In this document: positions 43,588-57,957 of the stretch, one piece after another
How positions within the stretch are numbered: the first letter of the stretch is position 1
Layout: every line of letters begins with the position of its first letter
NCBI GenBank assembly: GCA_951406725.2
Contig: OX597828.1
Location: 9,858,001-9,922,000 of the forward strand
Direction: 5' to 3'
DNA: 64,000 nt
Source: Octopus vulgaris
Taxonomy: Eukaryota
Notes under the pieces: model-generated
The model's database searches: none
Seen by the model: the letters and a program-made list of their open reading frames with translations, nothing else
What the model was told of the DNA's origin: nothing
Program-made: the position numbers and the translations under genes

Positions 43588-43692
<105 letters not shown>

Positions 43693-44531
43693 ATATGTTT
43701 ATGTATGTATATTGCGTGTGCACGTGTACATTCGCTCGCTAGATTGAGCTAGTGCGTATGCTTTGTGACATTTATACACAAGTTATAATGTGAATGGATA
43801 TATTGTAATTCAACTAATATGAAGCTAAAAGAGAAATCCAATTTGCAGTCACGAAAAGTGTTGGCTTTGTTTGCGGAGACGTGTCTGTATATATATATCT
43901 ATGCCCGTGTACTATTATAATTGTGTTTCAGTGTGTGTATCTATATGCAAGTTGATAGTTCGTGTATGTGAATGTGTACTTCGGAAGGAGCGTGTGTAAG
44001 AGATTTTGGTACACAAAAGCAGTAGCAATCCAGATCATTGGAAGCCCATAAGGTAGTCTAAAGCCGGAAACAGCATTTCTAAGCTATGGACATTTATTAC
44101 GATGCATCTCTTTTCTATCCAATAACACCAAGTAAATAACAGCTGGCAATTGTTGCAATGAACTGGCTTATAACTGTACAAAAATATTTGGATCTTCACG
44201 TATCGAAATAGTATTGTTACTATAAAAATTCTAAACATCTGAGATGATGGTTAAATTTTATTACATTGAATTAGTTAGACTTAATTTATACCAATCCTAT
44301 AGTTACACCAATCATTAAACAAGGGCAATGCTGGAGCAATTGCTTCAGGTGTTTTTAGTCTACCACTTTGACATCAGGAAATATCTTTCAAGTTTGATAC
44401 TAATTTTATCTGGCCTTTTACTGAACTGCTAAGTTACGTTGGTGTAAACAAACTAGCATCAATAACATCGGTTGTTAAGCCATGGTGTGAGCACAAAGGC
44501 TATCACAAAAACACACATCCCTTTACATATA

Positions 44532-44584
<53 letters not shown>

Positions 44585-44588
<4 letters not shown>

Positions 44589-45137
44589 GCCCTGATGCAG
44601 TGCCAGGCAGTGGCTCTCATGGCTTCTGATCTTAACTGATTGGAAGTGTTATCATGTACATTGTTTTGTCTTGGTATAAAAGATGGGTTATAGCAAATAT
44701 TCTGCTCAATACCACAGATTTGCTTGTCAGTTGTTTGTAACCAGTTGAGAATGTCCTTTAGTGGCTGACGATATGTGCATCTCTGATCACGAGCAGAAGT
44801 AGTGGGGGAGCATCATAGCCATGTGTTGAGAGGATTCTTTGGGGTTTGAATAATTCACCTCTGGAAACATGGGTGGTTCTTTCAACATCCTTAAACAACC
44901 CTTATTCAGGGACCTTTTGAGCGGGATGGGCTACTCAACCTGAAGAAAATTCTAACTGGGCCCCACCTGCAAGGTCATGTGCTGTTTATCTTGATATGAG
45001 ATCACCATGTCGCGCACATATGGTTGTGATGCATGTGCCTGGTGTACCTTTATCAGACGGGTAGTCATGATGGGTATATTGGGCTTCGTATATTTTACCC
45101 CAGTGTCACTTTGATGGCATGCACTGCTCTCTCACTC
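44585..45137 (+). mobile_element. Family E: ~550-bp non-coding element embedded in (TAA)n
   Basis: Three copies in the window (44585, 48305, 62990) with the same 3' end (ctgctctctca) and (TAA)n-type flanks on both sides. Strand is nominal. Confidence 0.85.
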
Positions 45138-45151
45138 AATAATAATAATAA

Positions 45152-46068
45152 TAATAATATCAAGGTAATAAGAATTATAGAATTTTTTACTACCAGTGGT
45201 CTAGCGCAAAAAATTTAGTCAATAGACTATATATTATTCCTATAAAATATCGTGTACATTAAAACACATTAAGAGGCTTCCATCATAGGAAGGCCTTGTG
45301 CTAGAAAGAACAGTTAATGTTCAAGCCACTAATTAGGGATAAATTCTCGAGGGAAATGAAAAATAAAAATAATTACCATCTAATTTATTTCCCGGACCAT
45401 GGTTTCTGATTTATTTCAGTAAAATAAAATTTACTGAGGCCGTTTTCTTCAGCGGGTAGCCTTAGATTAAATATACACACAACGAGATCGCATGTAAATT
45501 CATTGTTTGTACATTCTAATTTTTTAAAATCCACTGCGCAGTCGCAGTCTATTGTCGGCAACAGAGAGGATGCGGTAAAACCTCGAACATGTGTTTTAAT
45601 GTACACGATATTTTATATACAGTCTATTGACTGAATGTTTTGCGGTAGACCACTGATAGTAAAAATTTCTATAATTCTTATTACCCTGATATTATTAATT
45701 ATGTTTAATGATTTTTGGTAAATTTGTTCGACTTTTTACCGGCATCCTCTCTGTTGCCGACAATAGACTGCGACTGCGCAGTGGATTCGAAACATTAGAA
45801 TGTACAAACAAGGAGTGCACATGCTGAATTGATCTCGTTGTATGTATATTTTATCTAAGGCTGCCCGCTTAAGAAGACGGCCTCAGTAAATTTTATTTTA
45901 CTGAAATAAGTCAGAAACCATGGTCCGTGAATTGAAATAGATGGTAACTGTTATTTTTCATTTCCTTCGAGAATTTATCCCTAATTAATGCCTTGAAATT
46001 TAACTGTTCTTTCTAGCTCAGGGCATTCCTATGATGGCAGCCTCTTAATATGTTTTAATGTACACGAT

Positions 46069-46075
<7 letters not shown>
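45152..46075. mobile_element. Hammerhead element family H4: 459-bp monomer plus near-full-length inverted, permuted copy
   Basis: TGTTTTAATGTACACGATATT at 45592 and 46051 (direct repeat); 45152-45589 is the rc of 45725-46070 joined to 45592-45697. Confidence 0.9.
45391..45456 (-). ncRNA. Minimal type-I hammerhead ribozyme (family H4)
   Basis: rc: cccg-CTGAAGA-aaacggcc tcagtaaa ttttat tttactga aataaatca-GAAAC-catg-GTC-cggg. The plus-strand paralog at 45864-45929 has a mutated core (CTTAAGA). Confidence 0.8.
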
Positions 46076-46140
<65 letters not shown>

Positions 46141-46383
46141 CATATATATATCCACACATATTATAAACATATACACATGTGTGGGGGGTGTAGATATAAG
46201 CGAGTCTGTGCGGTTCAGTGTTCAGTACCACTGCATGGAACTTTGCGCTAGTGTCTTGTACTGTATCCTCGGGACTTGCGAGTGGATTTGATTGACAGAA
46301 ACTGAAAGAAACCCGACGTATACGCACCCACGCGAGCGCTGAAACACACATATCCACACATACACACACACACGCGCATGTAC

Positions 46384-46422
<39 letters not shown>

Positions 46423-47227
46423 CGTATATATATATATATATATATATACACATACATACATACATATATTCATGGCACGACGGGCTTTGACACCGTTTTC
46501 CTCTACCGATTTCGCGCTCAAATTATTGTTTGGGCTGGCGCTATGTTAGACGACATTTGCTTAATCTACCGCGTACTCGGATTGAACCGGAAAAAAATGT
46601 GGTTGTCAAACGAGCACATTCCTCCTCCTAGTTAACATTTATTTCTTATGAGCAATATTCTTTCCATACTTAGTAAAAGCATATATCTTAAAAATTCGTA
46701 ACTGCTTTTCTACTCATGAATGTAATTAATGATATAACAGACATTTTAACCGCTATGATGTGTGTGTGTGTGTATGTGTGCGTGTGTGCAGCTGCATTTC
46801 ACGCTGTTTATAGGCAAGATATTCTAACCATCATCATAATATATTTTAACGCACTATCATAAATGTATAAATTATTCTGACAATTTCTATTTCATCATCA
46901 GTATTAAATCACTGAAGTTTGCGTCACGGTATAAATATTTGCCACATTCTTGACAATAATATTCTTTATGATTCAGACATTTCTATAATGTCTAACAATA
47001 CATCTGTTACAACTTTTGTTTTCTTAAGAATGTCGAAGACATTAAGTTTTGTGTGTTGTCTTAACCAACTCATTTTAAAAGTAAACTTATACCCACCAGT
47101 CATAATCCGTACGTGTATATACCAAATTTCTTTAAATAATCTTAAAAATGTAACAAAATATTTATTCACTAGGACATAAATAACTAAGATAAAGTTATAA
47201 TATATAATAACATAGTGATGAAGTGAA

Positions 47228-47528
47228 GGCGCATGGCTCAATGGTAAGAGCGTGGAGCTTATGGTCATGAGGTTGTGGGACCAGGCTGTGTATTGTGTTC
47301 TTGAGCAAGACACTTTATTTCACGTTGCTCCTGTTCACTCAGCTGTAGAAATGAGTTGCGACGTCACAGTTGCCAAGCTGTATCGGCCATTGCCTTTCCA
47401 TGGAGAGGGGAGGCTGGTATGCATAGGCGACTGCTGGGTTTCCCATACACAACTTTGCCCAGAGTTGTGCCTCGGGGGGTAACTTTCTAGGTGCAATCCC
47501 ATGACCATTCGTGACCGAAGGGGATCTC
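47228..47528 (+). mobile_element. tRNA-derived CORE-type SINE (family A), B-box region deleted
   Basis: Homologous to 6267-6605. Confidence 0.85.
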
Positions 47529-47565
47529 CGGAGTGATGATAGTAATGATAATAATGATGATGATG

Positions 47566-47597
<32 letters not shown>

Positions 47598-47600
47598 GAT

Positions 47601-47682
<82 letters not shown>

Positions 47683-47970
47683 TCCATTAAAATTTCATAT
47701 AGGAAGAATTTAGAGCGTGCGAATAGTAAGGTCATGCCTAAAATAATTGGTGCACTGGGAACAGTAAGCCAAGATATCGATCAGTGGCTGAGGGAGATTG
47801 AAATAAAATGCCCGGTAGAGCTCCTACAGAAAGCTTGTGTCAAGGATTATCAGTAGCGTCTTAAAAATTTGAAACACTGCTGAAAACTTGTGGATACCTC
47901 GGGTCACAAATAGGAATCCGCTATTCATATAATCCCTACCAGGAGGAAAACAAAGGACCTGAGACAAACC
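47683..47970 (+). mobile_element. 3' end of R4/Dong-type non-LTR retrotransposon
   Basis: KVMPKIIGALGTVSQDIDQWLREIEIKCPVELLQKAC (RLE C-terminal IIGALG motif), then a short UTR and (CAA)(TAA)n. Confidence 0.8.
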
Positions 47971-48112
47971 AAAACAACAACAACAACAACAACAATAATA
48001 ATAATAATAATAATAATCCTTTCTCTTCTTGGCACAAGGCCTGGATACTGTGGGAGTGGTATATATTATATAATAATAATTATAATAATAATAATAATAT
48101 TAATACTAATAA

Positions 48113-48148
<36 letters not shown>

Positions 48149-48304
48149 ATTAATAATACTAATAATAATAATAAAAATAAAAATACTAATAATACTAATA
48201 ATAATACTACTACTACTACTACTACTAATAATAATAATAATAATAATGATGATGATGATGATAATAATGATAATAATGATGATGATGATGATGATGATGA
48301 TGAT

Positions 48305-48858
48305 AAATGCCATGATGCAGTACCAGGCAGTGGCGCTCATGGCTTCTTATCTTAACTGGCTAGAGGTGTTATCATGCACATTGATTTGTCTTGGTATAAA
48401 AGATGGGCTACACCAAATATTCTGCTCAATACCACAGATTTACTTGTAAGTTGCTTGACCTTAACGAGTTGAGCATGTCCCTTAGTGGCTGATGATAAGT
48501 GCACCTCTGATCCCGACCAGAAATAGTGGGGGAGCATCATGGCCATGTGTTGAGAAGTATTCTTTGGGGTTTGGATAATTTACATTCGGAAACTTGGTTG
48601 TTTCGTTCAACCTCGTTAAACAATCCTTATCCAGGGAACTTTTGAGTGGGATGGGTTACTCGACACGAAGAAAATTCTAATTAGGCCCCACCTGCAAGGT
48701 CATGCGCTGTTTATCTTGATATGAGATCAACATGTCACTCACATAAGGTTGTGATGCATGTGCCTGATATGCCTCATTAGACGGGTAGTAATGATGGGTA
48801 TACTGGGCTTGGTATATTTTACCCCAGTGTCACTTTGATGGCATGCACTGCTCTCTCA
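48305..48858 (+). mobile_element. Family E copy in (TAA/TGA)n
   Basis: Full-length homology to 44585-45137. Confidence 0.85.
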
Positions 48859-48862
48859 AACA

Positions 48863-48924
<62 letters not shown>

Positions 48925-48988
48925 TAACAATAACAATAACAACAATAACAACAACAATAATAATGATAACAATAACAACAACAACAGC

Positions 48989-49096
<108 letters not shown>

Positions 49097-49159
49097 AAGA
49101 AGAAAAAGAAATATAATAATGATAACAATAATGATGATGATGATAATAATCTTGAAATA

Positions 49160-49725
49160 GAAAATATATAGACAATATCAAATCAGCACTTATGCTTGCT
49201 GGTACGAATATCATCCGGAGCGTGTCATTGAAGGTAAAAATGTCACTATCCTCTGGGATTTTCCTAGTCAACTCCGACATATATTTGTAAAGTAATAGAT
49301 GTAAGTGTCCCCACTAATAAATATAAATCTGTAGAGGATTTGGCGATTTAAATAAATATAATGACCTGGAAATTTAAATACAAAAGATGCGGCATCTTAA
49401 AACGAGAATCGCTCTTGTTATTGTGCGTGCCATATGTATGATCAGAAAGGGATGTAAGAAATGTCTAGATAACATCTCAGGAGAATTATGACTCAGAGAA
49501 ATTCAAAAGATTGTGCTGACAAATACTGCCCATATCTTTTTTTAAAAATCCTATCAATTTAAATATATGTGACCTAGTGCATGAAGATATTTCACTACTG
49601 CCCCTGCCACTTTCTCTCCCCAAGTTTTCAGTTATACTGTAACATCTCTTATCCTTCACTCGCCCCAGGACGCTGAGTGTGTTTCTCGGCGAGTGATTGC
49701 AACAAACATACAGATTATGAGCAAA
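49160..49725 (+). mobile_element. 3' end of a second R4/Dong-type element with 3' UTR hairpin
   Basis: WYEYHPERVIEGKNVTILWDFP...VIDVSVP...KYNDLEI*IQKMRHLKT...LREIQKIVLTNTAHI; stem tcactcgcc/ggcgagtga at 49656-49696; flanked by (TAA)n-type repeats. Confidence 0.85.
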
Positions 49726-49799
49726 TAACAACAACAACAACAACAATAATAATAATAACAATAATAATTATAATGATGATGATGATGATGATGATGATG

Positions 49800-49869
<70 letters not shown>

Positions 49870-50013
49870 TAATAATAAATCCAAATTTTGGCTGAAGGTC
49901 AGAAATTTTAGAGGGGTTTGATAGTTATTGAAAATGTTTGTACACCAAAATACCAAGGCAAATCACATAAAGACCCTTACATACATATCTCTTAATGTAT
50001 TCAACATTCAGTC

Positions 50014-50049
<36 letters not shown>

Positions 50050-51579
50050 TGTGTGTGTGTGTGTGTGTGTGCGTGTGTCTGTGTCTGTGTGTCTCTTACG
50101 TTTTTCTCTTGTATGTTGCGTTGTACATCGAGAATATTATCTCGAAGCATTAATGTTACTACGTTTATTTGGCTTACGACTCATTGAATTGAAAAAAGGG
50201 CTTCAGTAGATTTATTATTAAGGTTGATAAAAACCTGAATTCATTCACCGAATACATATTCAGGTGTGACAAATAGAAATATATTATTGCAAATTAAAGT
50301 ATACAAAAATGCACACTGATGCACATAGATATTTACACATACACACATATACAGTCGCATACACGTGAGCTTGTGTCTATATATTTGTGTTTAGTGTATA
50401 ATGTTTTGTGTTTGTATATTTTCGTGTCTTTAAATGACTCCATGTGTGCGTAAATGTTACATGCATGACAAGAATATAATGTAATCATACGTAGACATAT
50501 TCCCATATATGTATTTATATAGAGAGAAGGAAGAAGTTTAGAGAGGTGATTGTGAGCATACACATAAATGCTTATACATATGTTAAAAGTGAATGATATC
50601 AATTAGCGATAAATCTGGTTGCTTTTTTTTCTCTATTCAGTGATTTCTTAAACGACTTCAGGCCATATTACATGACAAGAAAACCTTTGAATAGTAAGCA
50701 AAACTAAATACAACAAATATATAAATATATAAAATAAAATTATACTTGGTCGGCGTTGCGTTCATTGCAAGTCAACAACTATCAGAATTGTCCGAATCCA
50801 GTTCATTCCAGCGATCAGGCGCTAAAATATTCACCAGCGTTTTGCAAATAAAACTATCAAATCCTTTCTAATGGAAAAAGATTTTCGCCTTAATGCAATC
50901 AGAACTCCTTGATTGAAAAGAAAAGTTACATATAAATAACTAGAGGCCAGTGAAATACAGGCTGTTTGGTTTAGCCGCTCCTCCAGTCTTTTCTCTATAT
51001 TGGGTCTTTAGACCATTTCTCAAGGATTAGATGTATTGTATTCTTTAACGTTTTCATATTTTTTTTTTATTTTCCTATTCCCATATTTACTTATTTTATT
51101 TGTTTATTTGTATGTCTAATGTTTAATCTCAATTTACTTTTCTCTGTTCAAGTATTCAGCATTTTCTTTTCGGCTTTATCGCTATTTACTTATTTTCTTT
51201 ATTTCATTCGTTGATTGTTTGCAGCTTATTACTTTTTTTCTATTATTTGTTTCTCTTTTTTTTTTCTTTTCAATTAACTCCCACCATTATTCGGTATTAA
51301 CACGTATCTTCTTTCAATAATCTCTCTATATAGGTTTCCATCACAGATTCTCTTGTATAAGCTGTTTCTTTTACTTTCGGATATTTTCTCATCGAATACA
51401 CGCACACTCAAATATACACTCACACACAAACCACATGCATACTCAAACACACGCGCACATATAAAACCACATATACACATGCTTTTCTTTTACTACTCAG
51501 TGTTCTTCAAATATCCATCACCTCGCACGTATCTCTGTGTGTGATCCTCGTTCAACTCATGAGTGAACCATAGTTCGAT

Positions 51580-52060
51580 CATGTCACCATTCGGCCGAGT
51601 GTCCCATCCATGCAGGCATTGGACAGATTAGGAGATAAGGCTCCATCCTGACGGACTCTAGATCTAACTGGAAAAAGGTCAGATGTTGAGTCCTGAATCC
51701 AAGCTGCACAGAATCTTACGGCGCACAATACCATCATTAGCCCTGTTAATTCAAGAGGTATACAGCGCAGCTCCAGCATTTTCCAAAGTATGCCCCCCTC
51801 CACCGATTCAGACGCCTTGCGGAAGGTGGGTGACATAAATCGGTAGCAGCTCAACCTGCGTTCAATTAATACAGGAAAAGCCAGGATCCTGTCAGTAGTT
51901 GGACACTTAAGCAGAAGCCGATGATTTCACATTCTGCACAGAAGGATCCTTGCAAAGGGTAGGGTAACAACCGTATAACTGTTGCAGTAGCGAGAGTCAC
52001 CTTTAGCTTTCCAGGGAAGGATAATTATGCCCAGCTTCCAGTTAAATATTACAATGCCTC
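51580..52060 (-). mobile_element. RTE-clade LINE reverse transcriptase remnant
   Basis: GIIILPWKAKGDSRYCNSYTVVTL; TTDRILAF; FRKASESV..GILWKMLELRCIP; FPVRSRVRQDGALSPNLSNACMD (cf. GVRQGCVLAPTLFNACMD). Confidence 0.85.
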
Positions 52061-52519
52061 TGAACAATCCAGTGTAGAGGATGACGAAGGATGCAAGCCT
52101 CATCGCTGTAAATACCAGCCCTCTGGAGGATTTTGGTATTAAGTAACTTGTCAGATCGGGGGATATTATCAACAACGACAAACACAGTGGGAGGTTAGTA
52201 CGTAAATATTGATAGGTGAACATCAGTTTTTCGATGATTGAATTGAAGACCAAGCTGAGATAAGTTTCTCTACATTGAGTTCGCAAAATGTTTAAGAGAA
52301 ACATGTTATGAGTTGGCGCAGATGAAATGTCAGCAAATATACAGACACACACACACACACACACACACCCACACATCTTTCTAAATCTGTGTCTTTCTGT
52401 ATGTATTTAGATAGATAACCAATTAACTAATAATAAAGAAGTGGAAATGATTGTGCGTGTGTTATTATCATTGGCATAATGACTCATCCAACACACAAAA
52501 TAATTTGTCACAACACACG

Positions 52520-52580
<61 letters not shown>

Positions 52581-53033
52581 TATATTATCATGGTGGTGCA
52601 GCCCAGCCAGCGATCGATTACAGGGGCCTTCGGGTCTGGAAACAGAAGCAAATTATCCTTCAGTCGGAATGCTGGCCTATTTCGCTTTTTTAAAAAGATT
52701 TTCTTATAAACACCAAGTAAATATTTAACCCGCTTTGTGACCATGTGTTCAGTAAACCACACATGTGCGTATACCTATATTTTCGCAAATGCTTGTATGA
52801 GCGAGTGTACACACATCATTCAGCTTGCGCGAGGGTGTTTATACATTCAAGATTGTTAACGGTTATTTTTAATAATTTTACTCGCTGTATCGTGTGTTCG
52901 TTTCTTTTCTGCATCTGTGATTTTATGTTTGATCGTCTACGTAAATGAAGATATGTCCTTCGAATACGAACATATTTCCTTTGAATACGAAAATACATTG
53001 CAGAACTCTAATTTTAATGAGTTGTATCTATTT

Positions 53034-53136
53034 ATCACCCGATGAGTCACATCTGCACCACGGGATGCTCCTGAACCAGTTGTTGATTGTCCAACCCATG
53101 AGGGATTGGTTCTAGATGTGTCGAAAGAATTGTGAT
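53034..53136 (+). ncRNA. Possible degenerate minimal hammerhead
   Basis: atcac-CCGATGA-gtcacatct...gaacca...tggttc t agatgtgtc-GAAA-gaa-TT-gtgat; stems I and II pair, but U4C and a weak stem III. Confidence 0.45.
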
Positions 53137-53886
53137 TAATAATAAACTCTCGTATATTCGATATTCCGTCTTTCATTTACCATATGTATGTTTGTATGTA
53201 TGTATGCATGCATGTATGGATGGATGGATTCATGCATGACTTGATGGATGGATGGATGCATGCATGCATGCATATTTATATGATCCATACATATTAAAGA
53301 CGAGAAAGTCCAGACCAGTTTGGAGGGACTTGCTGCATCAAAATAATGTGCCCTTCTTAAGTTTAAATTGTCTCCTTCCGCTGTTCATTGAGGTTGATCT
53401 TATTTATTTAAGGCCGTGAATACTATGCATTTGTAAAGAATAACACTCAATGAAATTACTAAACCCGTAACAAATGAATTACTTGAAAGCAATGAAGATT
53501 TCATTGAGAAAACGTGTGACAAATGAGAACCTGTAGAAGGAAATAAAACTGCAAACCTGCATTTTAAATTCAAAAGTTAAGAGCATAAAATATACGTCTT
53601 TAATCTAATTTCTAGTCATTTATGTAAACAATCAGAGTACTAGAAATCAAATAAAATTCTCGAAACATGTGACCTCAGAGATTTTATTGTCTATATTCCC
53701 AATCCCGGTAGTTCTGGAAATGAAATGTCGTCTGGATTTCATTGGTTTATGCCACTCTCCGACCTAAATGTAAAGATCAATATTGACATGATCGTCCTTA
53801 GATTAACTGTTAAACACTTATCATGCAGCCATAAATATTAAAAGCAGCTAAAATGTATATATACTATATAAGGTTAGATTAAGCCT

Positions 53887-54752
53887 AACGAGAGCACACC
53901 CCAAACAAACCAAAATTTTGCAATATGGTTCATTCACTTACTTTTGCAAGTTTACAATTTTATCGCTTTCAAAGTATTCCCCATATGAAGTAATGTATCT
54001 GTCTTGGTCCGTGTGCCAGTGTTCGAAGCAGTACTGGAACATTTACGAATTGATGCCTTTTAACGCTTCCGTAAATTTCCCTTCACCTCTTCAACATTTG
54101 CAAATTCTGCAGCAACGGCATTCGTCTCCAATGATAACTTTCGAAGAAAGGGTCACATTAACTTCCAACTGTTCATTCAGTTCACGTCACACATTCAATC
54201 ACGACTGCTTTTGATCTTCTCTGAGCAAGTGAAGCACAAATTTTTCTGCAGCTCTTTTCATTCTCAATACCTCGCTCGAAATTCGTTGGAAGGATCTCCA
54301 GGACACACTAGTCTTAAGAACAAGTTTATCACGTTTCACCATGAATTTTCATAATATTTCCATTCGTTCGAGTGGTTTATGTTCTTCCTCAACGAGATTC
54401 GTTTTCAAACGACAAGTGACCATTCCTAAAGCGTGGGAACCACTCTTAAACATGTGTTTTTCCTCATGACAGCGTACTTGTAAGCTGTTGGAAGCATGGT
54501 AACGCTTTCGGCCGACGTTTTTCCAAACAGAAAACAGAATTTCACGGAAACACGCTATTCCTTCGTTTCAGCCAACGAAGAGTGGGTGAAGCACTGCCAA
54601 ACCACATGGCAGTACGACACCACCTAAGAACACCGATGGGCAGACTAATGACAGAGGGCCGCATCAAGTGGATTATTGAGGCAGAGGCTTGAACTACAAC
54701 AAGGATGTCCCACAGAGAGCGTTTCCCATTACTTTTTGATATTCTCTCCCAT
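53887..54752 (-). mobile_element. Internally deleted mariner transposon remnant
   Basis: rc translates VKFCFLFGKTSAESVTML..., WFPRFRNG, LRMKRAAEKFVLHLLREDQKQSRLNVCREL...SKVIIGDE, then jumps to ...YITSYGEYFESDK. TIRs are only weakly discernible. Confidence 0.85.
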
Positions 54753-55033
54753 TTCTTATATGTAACACTGAATTTCACTAAAATATATCCGACTTACATT
54801 ATATATTTTTGTTATATTTAGATTAATTTCACATGCTTTAGTTTAATGTTTTGTAACTTAAATATTTTTTGCATTATTTTTATTGAAATAATATCAAAAT
54901 ACATATCCATCTCTCCGGTATGTCCTAGGGTCGATTTGTTCGTCTAAAAGCCTTGAAGGATGTGCTCCAGAATGCCCGAATACAAATGTCAAGAAAAAAT
55001 AAAAGAATGTAAGTCTATGCATATGTATGTATT

Positions 55034-55081
<48 letters not shown>

Positions 55082-55173
55082 TGGATAGATAGATAAATAT
55101 TTAAATATATATATATATATATACATTTATATACGAACACATACATAATATATATAAATATGTATATTATATA

Positions 55174-55209
<36 letters not shown>

Positions 55210-56367
55210 CGTACAACAGTATGTATATGCACACAGCAACTTATAAAAGCTATATATTTTTATGAATAAAGAAAAATACAAAGGCCCTCAATCACATGTA
55301 GAAGTGTGAGTGAGTCCATTGTTTTTTCACTATCTTTCTATTGTGTATATATATACGTATTTCTAGGAATGCATTGAAGCAAAGGCAAATGACAATTATA
55401 ATGATGACACATTCGAAATTATGTTGGTGGCACATAATAATATATGTAATTACCTTATCACACAGTTCCACGTTCTATTAATAAACGAACAAATGTTTAG
55501 CGTAGAATGACAATAACAATGATAAACCTTTCTCGCCATTAACACACACACTGTTTGCGCTGCAAAGAAAAAAGAATCTTGTTTTGATTTTACAAAAAAC
55601 GAAGTATCATTCTAAACAAAAAATCGTCTTTGTTTATCATTATTTTCTTTCACTATTCCTTATCAGTTGGTCTACAAGTTGTTATACATTTTCATTCAAC
55701 CACTTCTTTATTATAATTTCATTATTGTGTTGCATTTTTTATCAGCAACATTTGTGTATTGTACATTTTTTCTATCTTTTTATTTTTTTCCTTCTAAGAG
55801 TGATAGGGAATACTAATCTGTCAGGGTAATATTATTTTACAAGATCTTGAAAGTTTGTAGCAATGGTTACAATGAGGTAGAGTGAAAAAGATAAACATAT
55901 ATACCAAAGAAAAAAAAACTGCTTATATCCTGTATCTGATAATTTATAGATAAAGTTTGCCTTCGTTATTTTAGAGGAAAGTATCTATTTCACTACCTTA
56001 AAATCTCATTGACAAGAACTACAGTCGTATCTGGTGTTAAAAGCAGCTTTATATGAATTAAATTCAATTGTCTATTGTTATATTTTTGATGTAAGTTTCA
56101 CGGTCAATCAAACAATCAGACTGCGGGCAATAACGTCTTTAGAACTGACCTATTTCTCAAGTGTTTCGAATTCTTTTTTATATATATACAGCACATTTTG
56201 CCACGTTCTCGAATATATAGCAAAAGAAAATGTTTTCAATTCATATCTTTAATTATTAATTAATTATCTAAATATAGTGATATCTCTACAAAAGTGTATT
56301 TGCGTTAACCTAATGAAATATTTCACACTTCTCATTTCAACTAATTTGTATGCTCCCTCTCAATCTT

Positions 56368-56425
<58 letters not shown>

Positions 56426-56977
56426 TCTATCCCTGATGGTAGGCGTGGTTGTTTAGTAAGATGGTTTCTTTCGAACAACATGGTTCCATGTTTAGTCCTA
56501 CGTTACTCCTTGTGTGAGTGGCTTTTTAAACCAGACGATGTTTTGAAAAGACACCCACATACATTGCATATCTGTTTTGGACCAGCATGAGTTGCAGTTA
56601 AGTTCTGATTTGTGTGGATCTTAAAATATTATTTACGGCTTCCATTAGATTTGCAGACCTTATGACATACATAGCATTGATAAGTATTCGCAGACAGATA
56701 AGCTGAGTAGTTGGTGGAGGTTCGTTTTTCATGGGTCCGCAGAAGTGAAAATCATGTTCTATCACAAATTGTACCCACAAAAAGATGGCTGGAATTCATT
56801 TTGTCATTGATCGTAGTATTTTTCTTTAAATTTCTTTTGAGATTCGCATGAATAATCGTAGCTCCTTTTGGGTTTCTTTGTGTGTGTGTTTTACGCTATG
56901 AATTTACATTTAATGTGTGTCTTTATAAACATAATTATAATTATAAATATGTTTTAGTGCGTGCTAATGTTTGTTTC

Positions 56978-57957
56978 AGTAATCTATATGCTGTGAGTCA
57001 ATGGGCAGACAGAAACAAAATGCAACTGAATGAGGGAAAATTTGAGCTGATGCATTTTGGAAGAAATTCCTCACTAAAACAACCATACTCTCTTCCTTCA
57101 GGGGAACCGCTCATAGCCTCTAACAATATCAGAGACCTGGGTGTAATTGTTGATGACGATCTCAGTTGGAGTGCACACATCAGCAAGAAGGTCGATATAG
57201 CTCGTAGGATGAGTTCCTGGATCTTAAGAACTTTCCGGTCCAGAGAACAAGGTGTCATCATACCACCTTTTTCCTCCTTTGTACGGCCACACCTCGAATA
57301 CTGCTGCCCACTGTGGTCTCCTCACACAAGACAAAACATCTCCAGAATTGAGTCACCCCAGAGGGCACTCACTAAACGAATTGAAGGCATGGCTGCTCTC
57401 GATTATTGGGATCGCCTTAAAGCCTTGAAACTTTACTCCCTCCAGCGTCGCCGTGAGCGGTACATCATTTGTACGATGTGGAAAATATACCGCCAACTTT
57501 GCCCAAACGACCTAAACATTAGCTTCAAGGATCATCCAAGACTTGGACCACGGGCTATACGTCCCCTGCCCAATTCAAGATCAGAACATACATGTACACT
57601 GCAACATAATTTCTTTTCCTCAACAGGCCCTGCCCTATTTAACATTGTCCCGAGGGAGATCAAAGAGGAAAAGGATCCCATTAACTTTAAACAGAGTCTG
57701 GATAGATTCCTTCAAAGAATACCAGATAAGCCACCCATAATTGGATACAACTCACCCAACAATAACTCACTACTTGAACAAAACTGGATACAACTCACCC
57801 AACAAGAACTCACTACTTGAACAAAGCTTGACTTAAACAAAACTTGACTTAAACAGGATTCGAATAATCCTATCAGGTGGTGCTATTAAGTTAGACATGG
57901 CCTGGACCAATCTTTGGTCGAAACATATCTAAGTTTATCTAAGTTTATCTAAGTTTA
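56978..57957 (+). mobile_element. 5'-truncated CR1-type LINE (RT C-terminal region, 3' UTR and tandem tail)
   Basis: Open frame to 57820 with WADRNKMQLNEGKFELMHFG, IRDLGVIVDDDLSW, FVRPHLEYCCPLWSP and YWDRLKALKLYSLQRRRER; 3' hairpin gaccaa/ttggtc and tail (ATCTAAGTTT)3. Confidence 0.93.

Noticed and set aside
56882-56977. N-terminal part of the 312-aa ORF as a real protein start
   Set aside because: LINE similarity begins only at ~56978; the upstream codons are flanking DNA fused by 5' truncation.
57895-57930. Hammerhead-like gaccaa-tct-ttggtc-GAAAC
   Set aside because: No CUGANGA upstream; better explained as the LINE 3' stem-loop.
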